In this document: piece after piece, positions 29,001 to 45,512 of the stretch
Layout of the letters: every line of letters starts with the position of its first letter
How positions within the stretch are numbered: the first letter of the stretch is position 1
Source of the DNA: Chrysomallon squamiferum
Lineage: Eukaryota > Animalia > Mollusca
Direction of reading: 5' to 3'
Assembly (NCBI GenBank): GCA_012295275.1
Contig: CM022670.1
Location: 13,764,001 to 13,828,000 of the forward strand
DNA length: 64,000 nt
Made by a program: the position numbers and the translations under genes
The notes under the pieces: model-generated
Told to the model about the DNA's origin: nothing
Seen by the model: the letters and a program-made list of their open reading frames with translations, nothing else
Database searches by the model: none

Positions 29001-32000
29001 TAAGTGGAATTTTCAGTGTTCTAATAAAATATAAGTAAGCTCTCTATTTAAGCATACCCCCACTCACATACCCATATGTACACACAAACTGGACTTCATC
29101 CCATAGGCGCAAACACTTGCTAATACACTAATGATTTTTCAAGGCTACAGGTGCAAGTATACAAAATATGCAAATGAATACATTTCGTGCAATTTGAAAA
29201 TATGAATTCCTTGAAACCTAACTATTTTGCTGACCCCTTCAAGTCTGCATTATCAAACTTCAAATGCATTTATAATAATTAATAAATAGTTGGAGATGTT
29301 GGAATAATTTGATTTTATCTAATCAATTTAAATTCAAGTAAAACTAATCCAGTAAATAAATGATATTGGTTTTATATAACTCATGGCAGATTTATTATTT
29401 AAATCTGAAATGCTTCCAAATGTGATAAATTAACCAAGCATTAGGGGTGCAAATGATTCCTACCAACAGACATAGGAGTATTTTTGCTACCAGCACCTAT
29501 CAATTTTGAACCTTGATAAATATAACATAAATACCTTGCGTCTTGTTCCTGCACTGGATGACATAGGTTTGTAACGTGGTGTATATATTAAAGGCACAGT
29601 ATCTTCATATATGGTGACAGGTGAATTGGGATGACCAAAATGATCTGATAATTCAGTTCTTTTCATCAGCTCCCTCTGGAAATCTTCTACACTCTGAATT
29701 GTGTATCTGAAACATTTCATTAAACACCAGCTTACATGATAAGTTTGGATATTTGGACTTGCATAATTATTAAGTAATTATTAATATTTATATTGAAGAC
29801 AGATATTTGTTCCTGGAGATATGTTTTGTATGGATTATCAAAAGCATAATATATGGTTTTCAGCATTAGGAAGATATTTACATAAGCTTCTTAGCTACTA
29901 ATCCATTCAGTATCTGTAATCTTAATTGTTTGACAGTAATGAAATGATTATGTAGAGAATCAAGCAAACTGAATTAGTGTTTTACACACAAACACACACA
30001 CACACACACTTGGGAAAGATTTAAAACGGTATCAAATGAATCATTTATATAACTGTCCAGGAAGAGAAATTTATATTTGCAAGCTTCTGACATCTACAGA
30101 CTTTATACTGAAAACATCAGTTGAAAGTTTAGATTAAAATTACTGTATACAAAACAAAGACAAAATTTAATTTGTTTTTAAAAAGAAAGAAAAAGAAATA
30201 TTACAAAGAATGCAGCCTAATTCAACTAACATTAGATCATTAATGTTTTAAAATACAAAGACTAAACAATATTCCTTTGTTGCCAGATTAAGTTAAAAAA
30301 AAAAAAAAAAAAACCACAACTCCTATATGCCTTTGATCTTGTATTAAGCATAGGCAGAAATATATTTAACCTGAATAACTAATCCTAAGCCTCTGATTCA
30401 TTTAAGATAATCAGACCCAAATAAGTTCTATATATACATAAAAACCAATAATAGTTAGACAATGAAAACAAAGCAAAAAAAAACAATATTAATAAACCAT
30501 AAGATTAATTTGATAAATGTATTGCAACTAAGCAGTTTCCAACAGTATCTGATTACTTAGTCACAATATGATTTTAGATGTAGTCTGACATCTAAGTTAT
30601 AAAATACTATTATAAAACATTCAGGGATTTAAGTAGTTTTTTTTTAAATAACTGCAGTTAAATTGCTGGGTTAAAAACAGTCAGTTCTAAAGAAGTTAAA
30701 AGAAGATAGATTCTGGTCATTCTTAATACCTTGTACAAATTTAGAACTCTGAAATTATTTTTACTGTTAAATTTTAAGGAAAACAAAAATAATGAAGAAA
30801 AAAATTATGTCCATGTTGTTTCATATTTTATAACAATTCTGATTTATTTAGTGTCTAATAAAACATACTTGCTGGGTAATTTGGTGCACTATGTCACTTA
30901 ATGCTGTTTTGTCACAGCGTTACAAAATTTTAAATATATCTAAGTCATAAACCTGATTATATGTTTTTTAAAATGGCTTTTATATTGATTAATTTTACTA
31001 GGGGAATGGGTAGGGATTGGGAATTATGGCTGTTCTTGAACTTATTGGAAAACATTTTTACGCAGAAAATATAATGAAAGTATATTGTGTTAGTTTTAAT
31101 TCATTCAGAAATGTATAATATTTTCAAATAAAGTACCTAATTTTCACTTATTTATTTAATTTTCCATAAATGCAACAGGTTAATTTTGTGCATTGTTCTT
31201 TTTTTTTTTTCTTTTTTTTTTTTTAACTGTACTAAATTAATTTATTATATGCTAGATATTAATTATGCGTAATCTTTATTTAACTGTATTAATATTATAA
31301 CAACATTTTCACATCAATATTTAAGGTCTAAAAACTAATTGCTCTCATTAACCATTACAGTAAAATTTTAAATTAAAGCTTTCTTTTTTGAATATGCTGA
31401 ATTCAGAACTGCCACACAGAACACAATTTAAAATCTATTATAATAAACATAGATTTAAACAAAAAATAATTAAAAAGTCAGTTGCATTTCTTCATGGCCT
31501 TATTACATTTGGGTAATATAAAATAAAACAAACTGGACTATATTCTATTCATTCACTTCACAAAATTATAAAAAAAAGTATAGTTATTTCAGCCTTTAAT
31601 TCATGTATAATTTATTTATTAGAAAATATAAAAATTCCATGAGAAAAAATAACAAATTAAAATAAAGTTAAAAATAAAATAAATATAATAAACCTTTCAG
31701 CTCTTTATAAATTTTAAAAAGCCTTCATTAACTCAATTCGTATCAGAAAAACCCCCACCCATCACTAAGGAAAAAAAATCTAAACTACAAAGAATAAAAC
31801 TATGGGTAGATACAAGTATCTGTTACAATTTTAATTTAATTATAACATATAATTTATATCATTAAAACCCTTAAATATCTAACATCAGCTATAAAAATCA
31901 TAATGCTCATTTTCTATTTGATACATTTAAAAAATATATACATATATATTTTTATCAAGTTGATACAAACATACTGCATCTTGAAATTTCTTGAAATACT

Positions 32001-35000
32001 TGAACCAAACTAAAGAATCTGAAACTAACAGTAATATTTAACTACAATGACAGCCATAACTAATCTAGTTCTAACAAATACTAATATTTCTATACTAATT
32101 TTGGGATTTAATGTACCTTATCTCCTCATATTCTAGATCATCACTGAAATAAACAATCCCTTTAGCAAATAAGAGAGATTATCTACAAAATGATACATAA
32201 CTAACAATTATCTTTTTGTCAAATCATTTTTGATGGCAATCCTTATAACTACATTTTCATTTCATTTTCATCTTCAGTGAAAAATAAAGAAATCTTTACA
32301 ATTCCATGGATCTGATTTTATGAGGAAATATGAAAAAATGAAGGCAGAATCTGATATAGATAAGATTAGGAAGACAATGTCAGTTATATTTCATATTTCT
32401 ATTTCCATCTAGAATATTATAATGTATTTTTTATTTATTTATTTACCTTGGAATTTTTACATTTATTAAAAATTAAAGGATATATTCTTATAATTTCTTT
32501 GAGAGAAAATAATTGTGTACCTATCTCCAACTGTTCCACATGGTTTCCATCTTCCATAAGCTGCATCCCACTCAAACTGTTCCATATTTACATATGTATA
32601 GTGGTCTTCTGAATCTTTCAGCCTGAATTCCATAGCACCATTAGGAACTATATACATTTAAAATAATTATAATAACAAAAACAAAAAGCTAGCAAAGATA
32701 TATATATTTATTTCTGTTTGGGATTATTGAAAACATAATTCATTTTTCCATCTTGTTATAATTGTTTGTGAGAAATTAAATTAAAATTTAAAGATAAATA
32801 TGTTAACACATAACAACATTTATATGAATAACCATACCTGGAACTGTATCCATTGCAATCAGTGCCAGGAATGGCTCAGGCAAAGAAATCACCCTACCAA
32901 TAGTCTGAAACAGAATCATTTTTATCAGGTGACTTGTTGATCAGACACAGTTCCCAGTTTAGCATCTGTGTTCATGAGTTTTCATGATTATGTGTGTAAG
33001 TGTATTTGTGTGTGTTTGTGTGTGTTTGTCTATATGCAAAAGAAAATGAATAACTTATGGAAGAAAGTGTGATTAAGTGAGGAAAAGGGTGCAATAATTC
33101 ACACAGGCTCACTTGAATAACCTTGATTCACTAATAAAACATTTCGTTAATACAGATTTTATGTTACATCTATATTTTTTAAATATGTGATAAATCTGTT
33201 GTTTTTATTACTTTTACATCCAATCAGCTATTGAAAATGCAACAGCAAAAATCTATGAATTAATTTCCCTTTGTTCTTTCAATTCTCTACAGTGTATACA
33301 GCCAAATGTTCTACAAGGAAGGATCAAATGAATGAAAAAAGTGTTATTAATAGTTTTCACTTTTGCTATACATCTTTTATCATTTATTGTCAAATCAGGT
33401 GATACTGACAATATACAATCAAAGAGGACCACTCATTTTTAAAATAAAATGTAAATGACAAAAATAAAAATTCAATATTAACATTTCAGTGTAGTAAACA
33501 TTTCACCATTCAATCAAATATACAGAACAAGTAACATTCTACCTGTGGACCCAGAAGTAAAGCATCTCCCAAATCTGAAAACAAAAAATTCATGAAAATA
33601 TAGATAAAAAGAGATCAATAATGCTTTATTTTTCAAAATTATCATGTCCAAAAAAAACAAAAAATATTAAACAACATGTTTTTAATACATGAATAAATCT
33701 TTAAAATTACCATGATATCAAATTAAACAAACTAAAGTAACAAAACAAGACAGAATTCTGAGTATACAATATCAAACATGGGTGGAAAATATTCTGACAT
33801 TGATTCTGCTGAATTCTAATGAATGAATTTATCTTAAATTATGATTTAAACATTGTATCTTTCAGAATTATTTTAATGCATATGACAAATATAAAATATA
33901 ATTCTCTATAGACTTACGAGGAAAAGGATGAGCATTCTTGCCCAAAACCTTCTTGGTCACTTGAAGACTTTCTGGGCCAAAATTTGGGCTTGATATTCCA
34001 AGGGTATGATACTCTGCTATTTCAGCTGCAGTTCTGTGTCCTCTCATTGGTAAAGCCTTTGATGTCTAGTCATAGAGAAACCAACATACATTAATACAAC
34101 CAAAATTTTAACTGATTTTTTGTTTACTGCAAGCGGGAGTTCATAGTTATACTTTTGTTTAAACAACATCAAAGATAAAGGAATTTATTATTTTGGAAAG
34201 TTATTAGAAATAGTAAATTATAAATTAAACCTGTTCATAAAATGTATCAGTGTAAAATATGCAGTAAAATTCTATATTTTGTATTCAATCAAAATTCAAA
34301 ACAACTTACAAAGAGTACTGTCTCATTACTGGTCCTTGTTCGAGATACACTTAGAATTTTCCTAGCTTGAGCTTGAACCTTGCTAAGTAATAGCTCAGAA
34401 ATATCTATGTATACACTGCTGTCGTTTTTCTGTTAAAATATTATCTACCGTTATTAAAAAAGCCAGTTAGTTAGTCACAGATACATAAAGTTAATAAAAA
34501 GTTCACAATAAGCTCCAATATGGGTAGAGTCAGTTAACATTATGATATATTTATATTATATTAGATTATTCATGTAAGAAAATCATTTTGAAATTCACCC
34601 AAAATAATTTTTTTATTTTTTTTTAATTCTGAATTTTAAATATTTTGTATCTATAAATATGCTAAAAAGTTGAAATTTTTAAACAGTTCTTGAAGTACTA
34701 TATCTTTCTACGCTGCTTGGATAATTCACCAATTCCTCCCTTCCCCCAAAACAAGAATATTTTTTTTTTTTTTTTTTCTTCTGGAAGCAAAAAAAAAAAA
34801 ATATTGATTCAATATTTTTTGCTTTTCATAGGTAAAAAAATAAAAAAATGTTTAGGTTTCTAAATAATTCTAGAAGTAAAATAGCTCTACCTTCTGTACT
34901 CTGCCTTGCTTAGACAATTCCAAAATAGATTGCAATATGTTCTTGTCTCCTGTACCTGTTATCACCAGATTCTTAATGCCAGCTTTTAAAAAAGAAAAGA

Positions 35001-38000
35001 AAAGAAAAAAAAAAAGAGTTAGCCTGAAAAATAAGTGAAACATTTTGACAAAAATTTTCAATACTTTATTTAAGTGCTATTTAATACTTGCTATTTTGCA
35101 ACACTTTAAGGAAGTTAACATGCCAATCAATTAAAAACAAATGAATATATCAATCATTAAGCTGTAGTTATTTCCAAACTCACTCTACTAAAAATGTATA
35201 AAAATTAATATAATGTTTCTGAACTTATATTAGTTTCATAAATATAAAAATAATTAAATAATAACAGCAGCTGCAGTAGTAGTATTAGTAGTAATAGAAT
35301 AATAATAGTAGTAGTGGTGGTGGTAGTAGTAATAATAATAACAACAACATAAGAAACAAGAAGAAGAAGAGAAAGATGAAATATAATAATAACAGCTGTG
35401 TTTTCATGGAATAACCAAATGAAACTAAAATAAACAACAATTATACCATCGCGTCCAAGGTAGGTGAAAAATGAAGGCACAATACAGAACAGCTGAACCA
35501 CTTCAGACGCCAGTAAAGACTTGTAGTCCTGATATCTGAAAAATAATTCACAATTACATTCATGTGAAATGAAATTAATAAAATGCTAACAACACCTAAG
35601 CATATTTTAATTGTTAATGTTAACAAATGGCACATATAACTTTCATTTAATTATTCAGAAATCACTCTATTGGTTTCTCTTGAAAAACATGAAAAGATCT
35701 TTTATATGCACCTTCTATTAGTCAGGAAAAAGCATATCACAGCATTTGGTTAAATAATGATGCTCATGGATTGATTATGGGAACTATCATTCATCAGCCC
35801 AGTCTAACAGTACGCTGTAGAATGTTAAATGTATATACACTTAATACCACTATACCTATTATTATGCTTACAAAACACTATGTAAAATTTCAAAAATCAG
35901 TCCAAAATATTTTAAATTTAACATTTTAAAATGTAATAATGATTAAAATTAAAAAAGTAACCAAGTGATTATGAGAAAATTAAACATTTTTCCTATTAAA
36001 GTGCAAAACAATTTTAATAATGAAGAAAAACAAGTAATATTTACACTTTATCATTTTTTAACTGATCTAACAAGGCTCTCCTGTGTTCTGTCTGGCTAAG
36101 CTTTGTCAAGACATTCATCAGATAAAACAAACATAAATAGAGCTCCTCATATAGCCCTCCAGACTGAAAATGAAAAAGTTGCATCTAAAATAAACTTTTT
36201 GTGTTGCTACACGTTTAAGAGTGGAGTAACTGAAGTTGTAGATTAATTGTTTACTCTTTTCCATATATTGTTTCTTGATATATTTTCTAAACTTTCTCTC
36301 TGTTAAATTAATGTTTCACTTTTATAATCTGAAATAATTTAATTTTTATATAATGTTTCTTAAAATTTTTGGAACACATCTACATCTGTTCTTTGTCAAA
36401 TTTGTTTTCCTTTTTTGTAATGTCATAAATGTGCAGTAATTTAAAGAATTTAAATTATTTATGTTTTTCATTCTTCATCTACAACTGTTGGTATGTATCT
36501 GCCTTTCCTTTTTCATAAATTCCTTCAGCTGGAATTTTGAATTAACAAAATATCATTTGTTATGTTAAAAATAATTCAGTGTGACAAGTTAAAAAACATT
36601 TATCATATAGTTACTTCATATTAAAATAATTTCTCATCACTTAAAGTGAAAATTAAATTTAACACATCCAGAATATATCAAATTATATTGGTGCTTCATG
36701 TTTAAGTTAAAGTTTGGTTTATCTTTGATCATTTCAACGTACTGGGCCATTAGATACACTATGTTACTGTATTAGTGAATGAGAAAAATCTGTGTTACCT
36801 CATCAGTGTCTTTGTCAATCTTGACAGCAGCAAGCAGCAGTGACACCACCTGACATCGAGTTTCTTTTGGCAGAAGAAAAAGATCTATCGTGAACATCCG
36901 TCTACAAAGTATTAACAAAGAAATATTTTTTATAAGTCAGAATTTTGAAAAGAAAGCAAACTGATATGTTATTTTGCTTTTTTATTTATAATTTTTAGGA
37001 TAGGTGAACTTCTTCTTGAATTGTGAGGTAGGAATAAGTAAATCTGTACAGATTTTTAGTCTTGTATACAAATACGTACATTAAGATCCACTGTCCCAAA
37101 TTAACTCACACACTAAAATGATAAATAAATATTTTGACCAGAATGAAATCCAAGTTCTATCTGCATAGTGTAAAAGAAAATATCTGTGAACTAATGAAGA
37201 AGTAAACACAATTCATAAATGAGCAAAATAAAGAACTAAATATGAATGAACAATAAACAAACAAACAAACAAATAAAGTTTATCATCTGTTTCACAAATT
37301 AATAAAGAAATATTGTTAAAATTTAATCAGAAAAATTGTTTGTTTTAAAAAGTATAGGAAAAAAAAAAGTTCATATATATTTCATAAATAACGTAAAAAG
37401 AAAAATGCATAAAAGAATCATAACTGCAAAATTAATTTGTTTCTGAAAAGTTCCTGCACATCAAATGATAACTGCAATAAAAGATTTGAAACATAAATGA
37501 TAAAGTGGATATATTACCCCATTCTGTATAGCTTGGATGTGTCCAGTGTATCTTTCATTAAAAGAGCAGGCATTTGGAAATCTAGAGAAGCCTGAATAAA
37601 TAACATTAAACATAAGAAATGAATATACAACAAGAAAGTTAACAAAATATACAGTTAATTACAAAAATATATATCAGCCTATTCATACCAAACAGTTGAT
37701 GATTGCATGTAATTTTTTGTAATATGAACTAACAGTATATCTATAAATATGAGACAATGTTTCTTTGTGCTGATACATCATTGTGAAAATGCAGATACCT
37801 CCCTATTTGGAATAACATTGGCAAGGGCATCAGATCAGCAACCTTTTATTATTTGCTTTTTATCATTACTGTGAACAGGAAGTTACCAATGAAAATAAAT
37901 GTAATAATGTATCGAATATCACAAATGAAATGAATATTCATCATATTTTATTAACATTTTTCATTCTCTTGACTAAAAATAACAATTCTCTACAATGTCA

Positions 38001-39431
38001 GGCCAAACACTGACTCTTTTAAAATGTATTAAAATCAATTTATATTATATCAGTCTTAATAATAAAATATAAAAGAAATTGTTCAAAAATGGTTTTTGAA
38101 GCTAATAGAATATTTTTTTTAAAAAGAAACAAAAATCAAAACAAGTACATATGAAATCTTACTAGTAACAAGATTAATAGCATGTTGGATTTTTCCCTCT
38201 GCTTTTCCCTATCTGATAACAAGTTTTCTAAAAAGTTTTTTCGATATTGCAGCACCGGTATATCTCTGAAACAATGAAAATAATGAACAAAATAAAAATG
38301 ACCAACAAATAAACATTTTAAAAATTAGTTTGAATTATCATCAAGTAACATGAATCTCTTTTATCAATTATCTTTTCAGTGTAGAAAAATATGAGTTTGA
38401 TATATATTACATACGTGCATACAAATGCTAACTGAATTTGTTTCTGGATTATACTTTAATAATATTAATGTCAAACCTGATTATATATTCCTTTTCCAGC
38501 AGTAAGTCACCTTGAAAATCACAAGCCAGATAATTCAGTCTTTTTTTATCTATTTCTGAAATAACAACATGAAAATTAAATATATAACTGTATATAACCT
38601 CTTGACATTTTAATTGGTCTATTACTATTTCAAATTCTTTTGATAAACATTATGGAGAGACATACAGGTAGAATATATGATTTTTTTAAATACTTACTTT
38701 CCAACAATGTACTAATACAATTTGAACTAAAAGTGGTAAAATGTAAAATATAATGTATCTTTATTTTATAGCAATCAGATATAACTAATCTTAAATTTTG
38801 ACCACAGTTTTGGAATTAAATTACAAGTTTTAATTTAAAAATATGGAGAAAAAAAAGGAAAAATATTTTATAAAATAATTTTTTTGAAAGTTACACCATT
38901 TTCAGTTGATAATAAAAAAATTCTTACCTATGTTATGCAGTGCATTAGCTGGAAAGCGAGTCAACAAGTGTTCTGCCTGTGGAATCAAAAGCTAATGATA
39001 CATTATCAAATTTTAATATCATTGAACAACTTTAATAACTGTATATAATTATCAACTTTCAGACATTTACTATTTGTATTAAAATGCAAGATAAAATATT
39101 ATCAAGAAGATATGATAACTTTCTTGTTATCTGTGCTAAATATTATTTCTTATTTTCTAAAGTATTCACCTTACCAGTTTTAATAAATGTTTATCCCAAT
39201 AATATTCATTTTATGATTATGGTGTCATACCACTTTTTATTTACCTTTTTTCCAAATATGCCATTCACTTGAATTTTTTGCAGGCTGGTTGGAATAAATG
39301 AATCTTTGGGCAGCTTATGTCTCTGATAAAAACAAAAAATAAAAATAAAATATTAAATAATCCACAGAAACAAATTCAAGCTCAGTCTTCTAAATTTATA
39401 CCAAGAAAATTCAGATTTATAATGTCAAACT

Positions 39432-39469
<38 letters not shown>

Positions 39470-40237
39470 ATAAAATTCATTCAAAACATTGTTGTTAGGG
39501 TTTTTCCCAAAATGTTTTATTTTATGACAATAAAATAATTCCTGAAATTCCTTTTCTATAAAGAAATAAAAATGTTTTAAATTAAAAAGTTAATTAAAGT
39601 GAATTCAGATATCAGTATGAAAAAAGAGATGCATACCACAGGATGGTCAGTAAGAGCAGATTCTTGGAAGAATGTAGAAACCTGAATTCTCTCAGCCGCT
39701 GTGGATCATACAGAACAAATAAAAGCATTACAAGGAAAAGTAATCAGTTTACTGCAGTTCTCAAAACTGGACCTTCAAAATACAAATATTAAACCTAATA
39801 CCATCCACAGTTTACTTTATTTCTATAACTATTTACATATCAGCTGAATCAGCATCTATAATTATAAAATTATTATTGGTATTAAAGGCATATCTTTTCA
39901 ACCATCTAAAACAAAGTTTGTGATTTAATAAAAACAATTATTTGTATAATTCAATACCCCTAAATGCATATTAATCCCTGATTTGATGTACACAGTCATA
40001 TTTTATTATTGAATAATGCAAGGAAACTGAAAACATACATGTAACTATTCTGCCATCAAGCATCCAAACATTTGGTAAACAGTCAATGACATGAATGCGA
40101 TCTGAAAATAAAAATGAAGTTGATATGAACTGACTGTGCAAATACAGTCTGCATGCTTTTTGATCTATGAAAGGCCATGCTATGTTCCTTCCTGACTATG
40201 ATAAGAGTGAAAGTTATTAGATTAAGTTGGTGTATGC

Positions 40238-40309
<72 letters not shown>

Positions 40310-43300
40310 TTGTGTGTGATTATATGATAAGAGGACAAAAATATTAATTAGCATGCAATCAAGCAGTTTTATTTTCTTGTTACACAACGTAATAACCAAA
40401 ACTGACTGTGAATTACTAATAAATTGCATCTGGAATAATATTTTGGAAATATTAAACTTATTCTATTTGTTTATACCAACAGTAAACTTTCCTTTGATGG
40501 TAAGCTCATTTTCTTCTAATAATTCACTGCCTTTTTTTACTGTCTAGGTTACTAACAACAGGGCCATACATAAAATATTTACATTTGTAAACAAGCTAAT
40601 GATTATATGTTTGTAAATGTGTATGTAACATTAATCTATCTGTAGCATATACTTTTAGCCATTTAAATATTTCCTTTCATTCATTTTATAGAAAATTAAG
40701 CACTGTTTCAAGTTTATTCTATGGACTTCAGTAGTCATAAAAGAAAAAGTCCTTGATTAAGTCTACTCTATACATATAAAATGATCTGTATGAACATGTA
40801 CAGGTGATAAAAATGCAGTTAATATGACCATTAAGGGTAACTCAGTTTAGCTTTAAAACATTTTCATGAATATTGAAAGGACTCTCAATAAAATAAAAAA
40901 TAAAAATATATTAATAAAAATGTATACTTTTATCAGCAAACATTCCTTTGAATCCCCCACTGGGTTTTAAACTAAACAAAACTAAAATAAATAAATAAAT
41001 TATATATATATATAGACACACACATATGCAGAGATATAGTTTCTATGTTATGCAGTGTAACAGTGTACTGAGCACAACATTAGGGATACTGTCTAGCACT
41101 TACATTTTAATAAAGTAAAGCAACTGTGCCAAATATAGATGTTGGTAATCTTATACAAGTTTTGAACATTCATGTCATGGTAACAGTTTAACAGTTTTTA
41201 AATGTTTAGTTTGTTATTTCCTTATTATATTTACTGCTGTATTCACATTCTGATATATACTTAAAAGGACATAGATACAGGTAGTGTGTGAAAATTAATG
41301 AAAAAAAAAAATATATAAAAACCACAGTTGATAAAAACATATGTCATTAGTATAGATGCTATATGCTTTCAGTCTAAATTATGTACTGAATGTAAAGAAT
41401 ACCCTGGTGCAACATATTTACTTGTAAATAACTGGAGCATCTTCTTTGTTTTCATTGTTAATGTGTTTATGAAATAAAACCATTAATACTGAATAGCTCC
41501 ACAACTAAATTTTTGGATTAAAAAAATAATAAAAAGAAAAAATAATAATAATAATAAAAAGAAACCATTACAGCTCATAAGAAATAACTGTGATTTGAAG
41601 TCTGTTATGTTTATACATATGTGAAATGCTACAATATAAATAACACAACATGACAAAAGAAAATAGCACACAAAATTACTGAAGCTTATTAATCGATTTA
41701 AGATTGTAATATTTGACAGATGACTGATTATCAAAGAAAATTAGTTCAGGGTAATATTTAAAAAGCTGTGTCCCAAAATGACAAACTACAGGTAGAAAAT
41801 TGAACATAAAGTAATTTATTAGTAATCTTTAAGATAAGGGCATTTATATGAATCTGTATATCAGCAAATACATATGCACATGGATGTCAACCAGCATGTA
41901 AGATATACTGCAGTTTCATCAATTTTACACAGTGCTTCATTCTAACATAAGCACAATAAAAAATATTATTTTAATAATAAATAAAGAAATAAGTATTTAA
42001 AATGAGAAATTAAAAAGTAAGTTATGTATATTAAAATCACAATGTTAATATTTTGTGTATTTTATTTATTGGAAAGCTAAAATGGCAGGTATTTTATGAA
42101 GCAGAATGCACTGATTAATTAAATATCTTGGTTTATGATTAAAAACAACAAATAATTTCTTTTATGACTTAAATGCTCATATAAACAGAATATATTTCTT
42201 TTCATACTGTTTCTGCAATGATTCTTTTCATCTTTTTTTTTCTTCCTTGTTTCAGTTTACATGAATGATTAACTGTTTTAATGTACTCACAATAGGGACT
42301 CTTTTCCAGTTGAGGATTGCCATGGATGCTAAGGTTCAGGATATGAATGTGACGTATCTTAACCAGGTCTTTCCACGCAAGATTATTGTTGGACAGGACC
42401 AAAGTTCCCAAGGCAAGAAACTTTGACAAGCCATCTAGACATGTAATCTGATTAACAAGACTATTTGATATTAAAAAAAATATAACAAATTGGCAAATAC
42501 ATCATTTAATAAATAAAACTTGAATCAGATATGTGTAACATGAAAATAACTTTATGAAAAACCATTTCCTCTAGTTTTGTAATAATAAGAAAATAAACAA
42601 AAACACTACAGCGTCCAATATTGATTAAATGTTAAGCCAAAATGCCATAAATTGGTAAATTGCCCAAATGAATTTTGAAAAGCTGACACTAAGAAGATCA
42701 AATAACTATTAGTAATTCTGTAACAGCAGATTATGTATTCACTTGTGTTCCTTTCAATAGGTGTCAAAGGAACTGTTATATTTGGCAAATCTTCATTATT
42801 ATGTAGTAGGTTTTTCTAATACACATTTGTTTCTTTCAGTTTGTTATCACAGTAGCTTTACATGTGAGTAAGTCATTAAGTATGAAAAGGCAATTTGTCC
42901 TTCTGGTTTATTTACAAATGCTAAAATGTGCCGAGTTACTTAGACTGCTTTTATAAACATGTTTAAACATAGTTAAAGAGTCTAAGAAAAAATAGGTCAT
43001 GTTCAGAGTAAAATAACAACTGATAAATCAGCCAATTGAAATATTAAATTATGTAAAATGCTTATGTCTACAAAGACTGAAGTTGTAAACCACAGACAAC
43101 AAAGTTTTAATGTGTTCATTTCAATATATTTTATGTAAAAAAAAATTCTTTCCTTCTTTTTGGCAGTCCTGAACATCAGCATTTGCAATCAATATCTGAG
43201 TTAACTTTTTTCAACTACATTAAATTATAACTTTCGTTGTTTATCAAGTTGATTTTATATTGATAAGTGAATACAAAATTTGTCGATTATTTCTTTTAAA

Positions 43301-45029
43301 ATCCAGTGATTCAAAATGCTATCCTAAGATTGTATCTTTATTCATGGAGGCACACTGGCATATGCTGTTTTGTTTAGTGCTAAATAATATTTCTTTTCTG
43401 TATAATGAATTTTATATAAAAACTTGTATATACTACAACTGTGATCCCAAACCTTTTTCAGAAAACACAGAACTACTCAGAATATTATTTTTTCTTACCT
43501 TGTTATTACTTAAATCAAGATTCCAAAGCTGTGGACAACAATCAAGATTGGAAACTTCCTGAAGATAGTTCCCACTTAGTTTCAATGTCCGAAGTTTTGG
43601 ACAAAAATGCAGATTTTCTATGAATACTAAAATATAAACCAATCATTTTTTTTAATTAACTGCTGAACACAAAATTACACATTTATTTGGAACTATTTTA
43701 AATAAAGGATTTCAAAGGAATATATCAACGGAATTACTGGTGGTATATCCAGCATAAGTGAGGGAAAACAATACATACTTATTTTTCTTTTTTTTCTACA
43801 TCACAAACAAAATAACTCTACATTTTATCATTTCTTTTAACAACTATTATGTAAATAGCATGTGGTGAAGTGATGGGTAAATGTGCTCTCCACTATATGG
43901 ATGGATATTCCCATTCCCAAATGTTCTAAATCTAACTGGGATGTTTGTTACATGCTATATTGCAGTAGTAATGGTTAATGAAAAGGCCAAGTGCATTTCA
44001 TTTATATAATTATATGCAGTCAGCTCTGGACATAATGTTTTAATAATAGCTCAATATACTTTTATACTGATCACAATTAGGTGTGACTTTGTAATGATTA
44101 ATATAAAAGATGAAACTTTCAGCTGTTAAACAATGGGCTATTTCTAGACAGAAAACTGCCTTTACCATAATAATAATGAGTTATTGGCAGGAACAAAAAA
44201 GAACACTGAACAAGTGAAATTTCAATCTTAGTTAATACTTTCTTTTTTGGCCATTCATTACAGAGTAAATACAGTTATACATATTTTGTATGCACTTCTT
44301 CAGAATTAGGGTTTTGTTTCAGAAAACCAACTTTTTTTCTAATAAAGAAGTTTATGGGAATATTAAAAACATGGTATTTGTCTTTCTTAATGATGACCTT
44401 TGTTTATAAATGTAAAAACAATGTAGATATGTATGCGTATGTGTATATGCATAATTAGTATTTATAAAAAAAAAAAATTTCACTGAGTATGCAAACCAAA
44501 TCTTGTTCAGTATCTCCACAATTTTTCTTTATATATTTCTCAAAGCACAAACTGATGACAATGAATAGGGAGAAAATATCAGCCATGCTAACCATTTAAA
44601 GCTATAATTATTTAATAAACACTATGGGATAATCATTTTTAATCATTAGATATGATCCATTATTTCTGAAGTTTGTTATATTTTGTTATTTTATTCATTT
44701 TTAATATTTAATTTTTTTAAATTTTATTTTATTAATCTTTATTATTATTATTATTATTTATATATATATATATATATATATCTTTTTTAAAGTAAGTAAC
44801 GTTTCAGTGTACTTCCATTAGCTTTTTATAAGGAAGACTTCTATTCTATGTAATGATTAATTATTACATGTACACACCATGATTACCAGTAGTTATGCAG
44901 ACTTATAATTATGGGATCTCAAAATATAAGCCAACATTTAATCAACTTAATAATGCTTTAAATGTCACAGAAGAAACATATATATATATGTAGATTGCCT
45001 TCCTCACCAGAAAACATTAAAAATTTATT

Positions 45030-45065
<36 letters not shown>

Positions 45066-45479
45066 AAAAGTGATGTGCACAATAATATTCTAACTGTAAC
45101 ACATATGCTTTAGGATACCTATAAATTAGGTTTAGAAACCAGAAAATTTCAAGATATAATAAATTTATTTAAAAGATACATACTAATATAATAATGTAAA
45201 AGATCAACTTTCTTAATTTTAACACTTAATTTTACAGACTATACAACACATACTGTAGATTTATTAATAAACCTATCTGTTGAAAAGAAAATCACAGAAA
45301 TAAATGTCCAGATAATACTTTTGTTTAAACACGGGTCTACTTTGGAAATTCTATTCAGAATATAGCTATAACATTCAATATGCTGTTGTTAAAGCTATTA
45401 TAAAATATATCACAAAACAATAAATACAATGTTTTCCTTTTTCTTTTTTAAATTATTATTATTATTATTATTTTATCAT

Positions 45480-45512
<33 letters not shown>

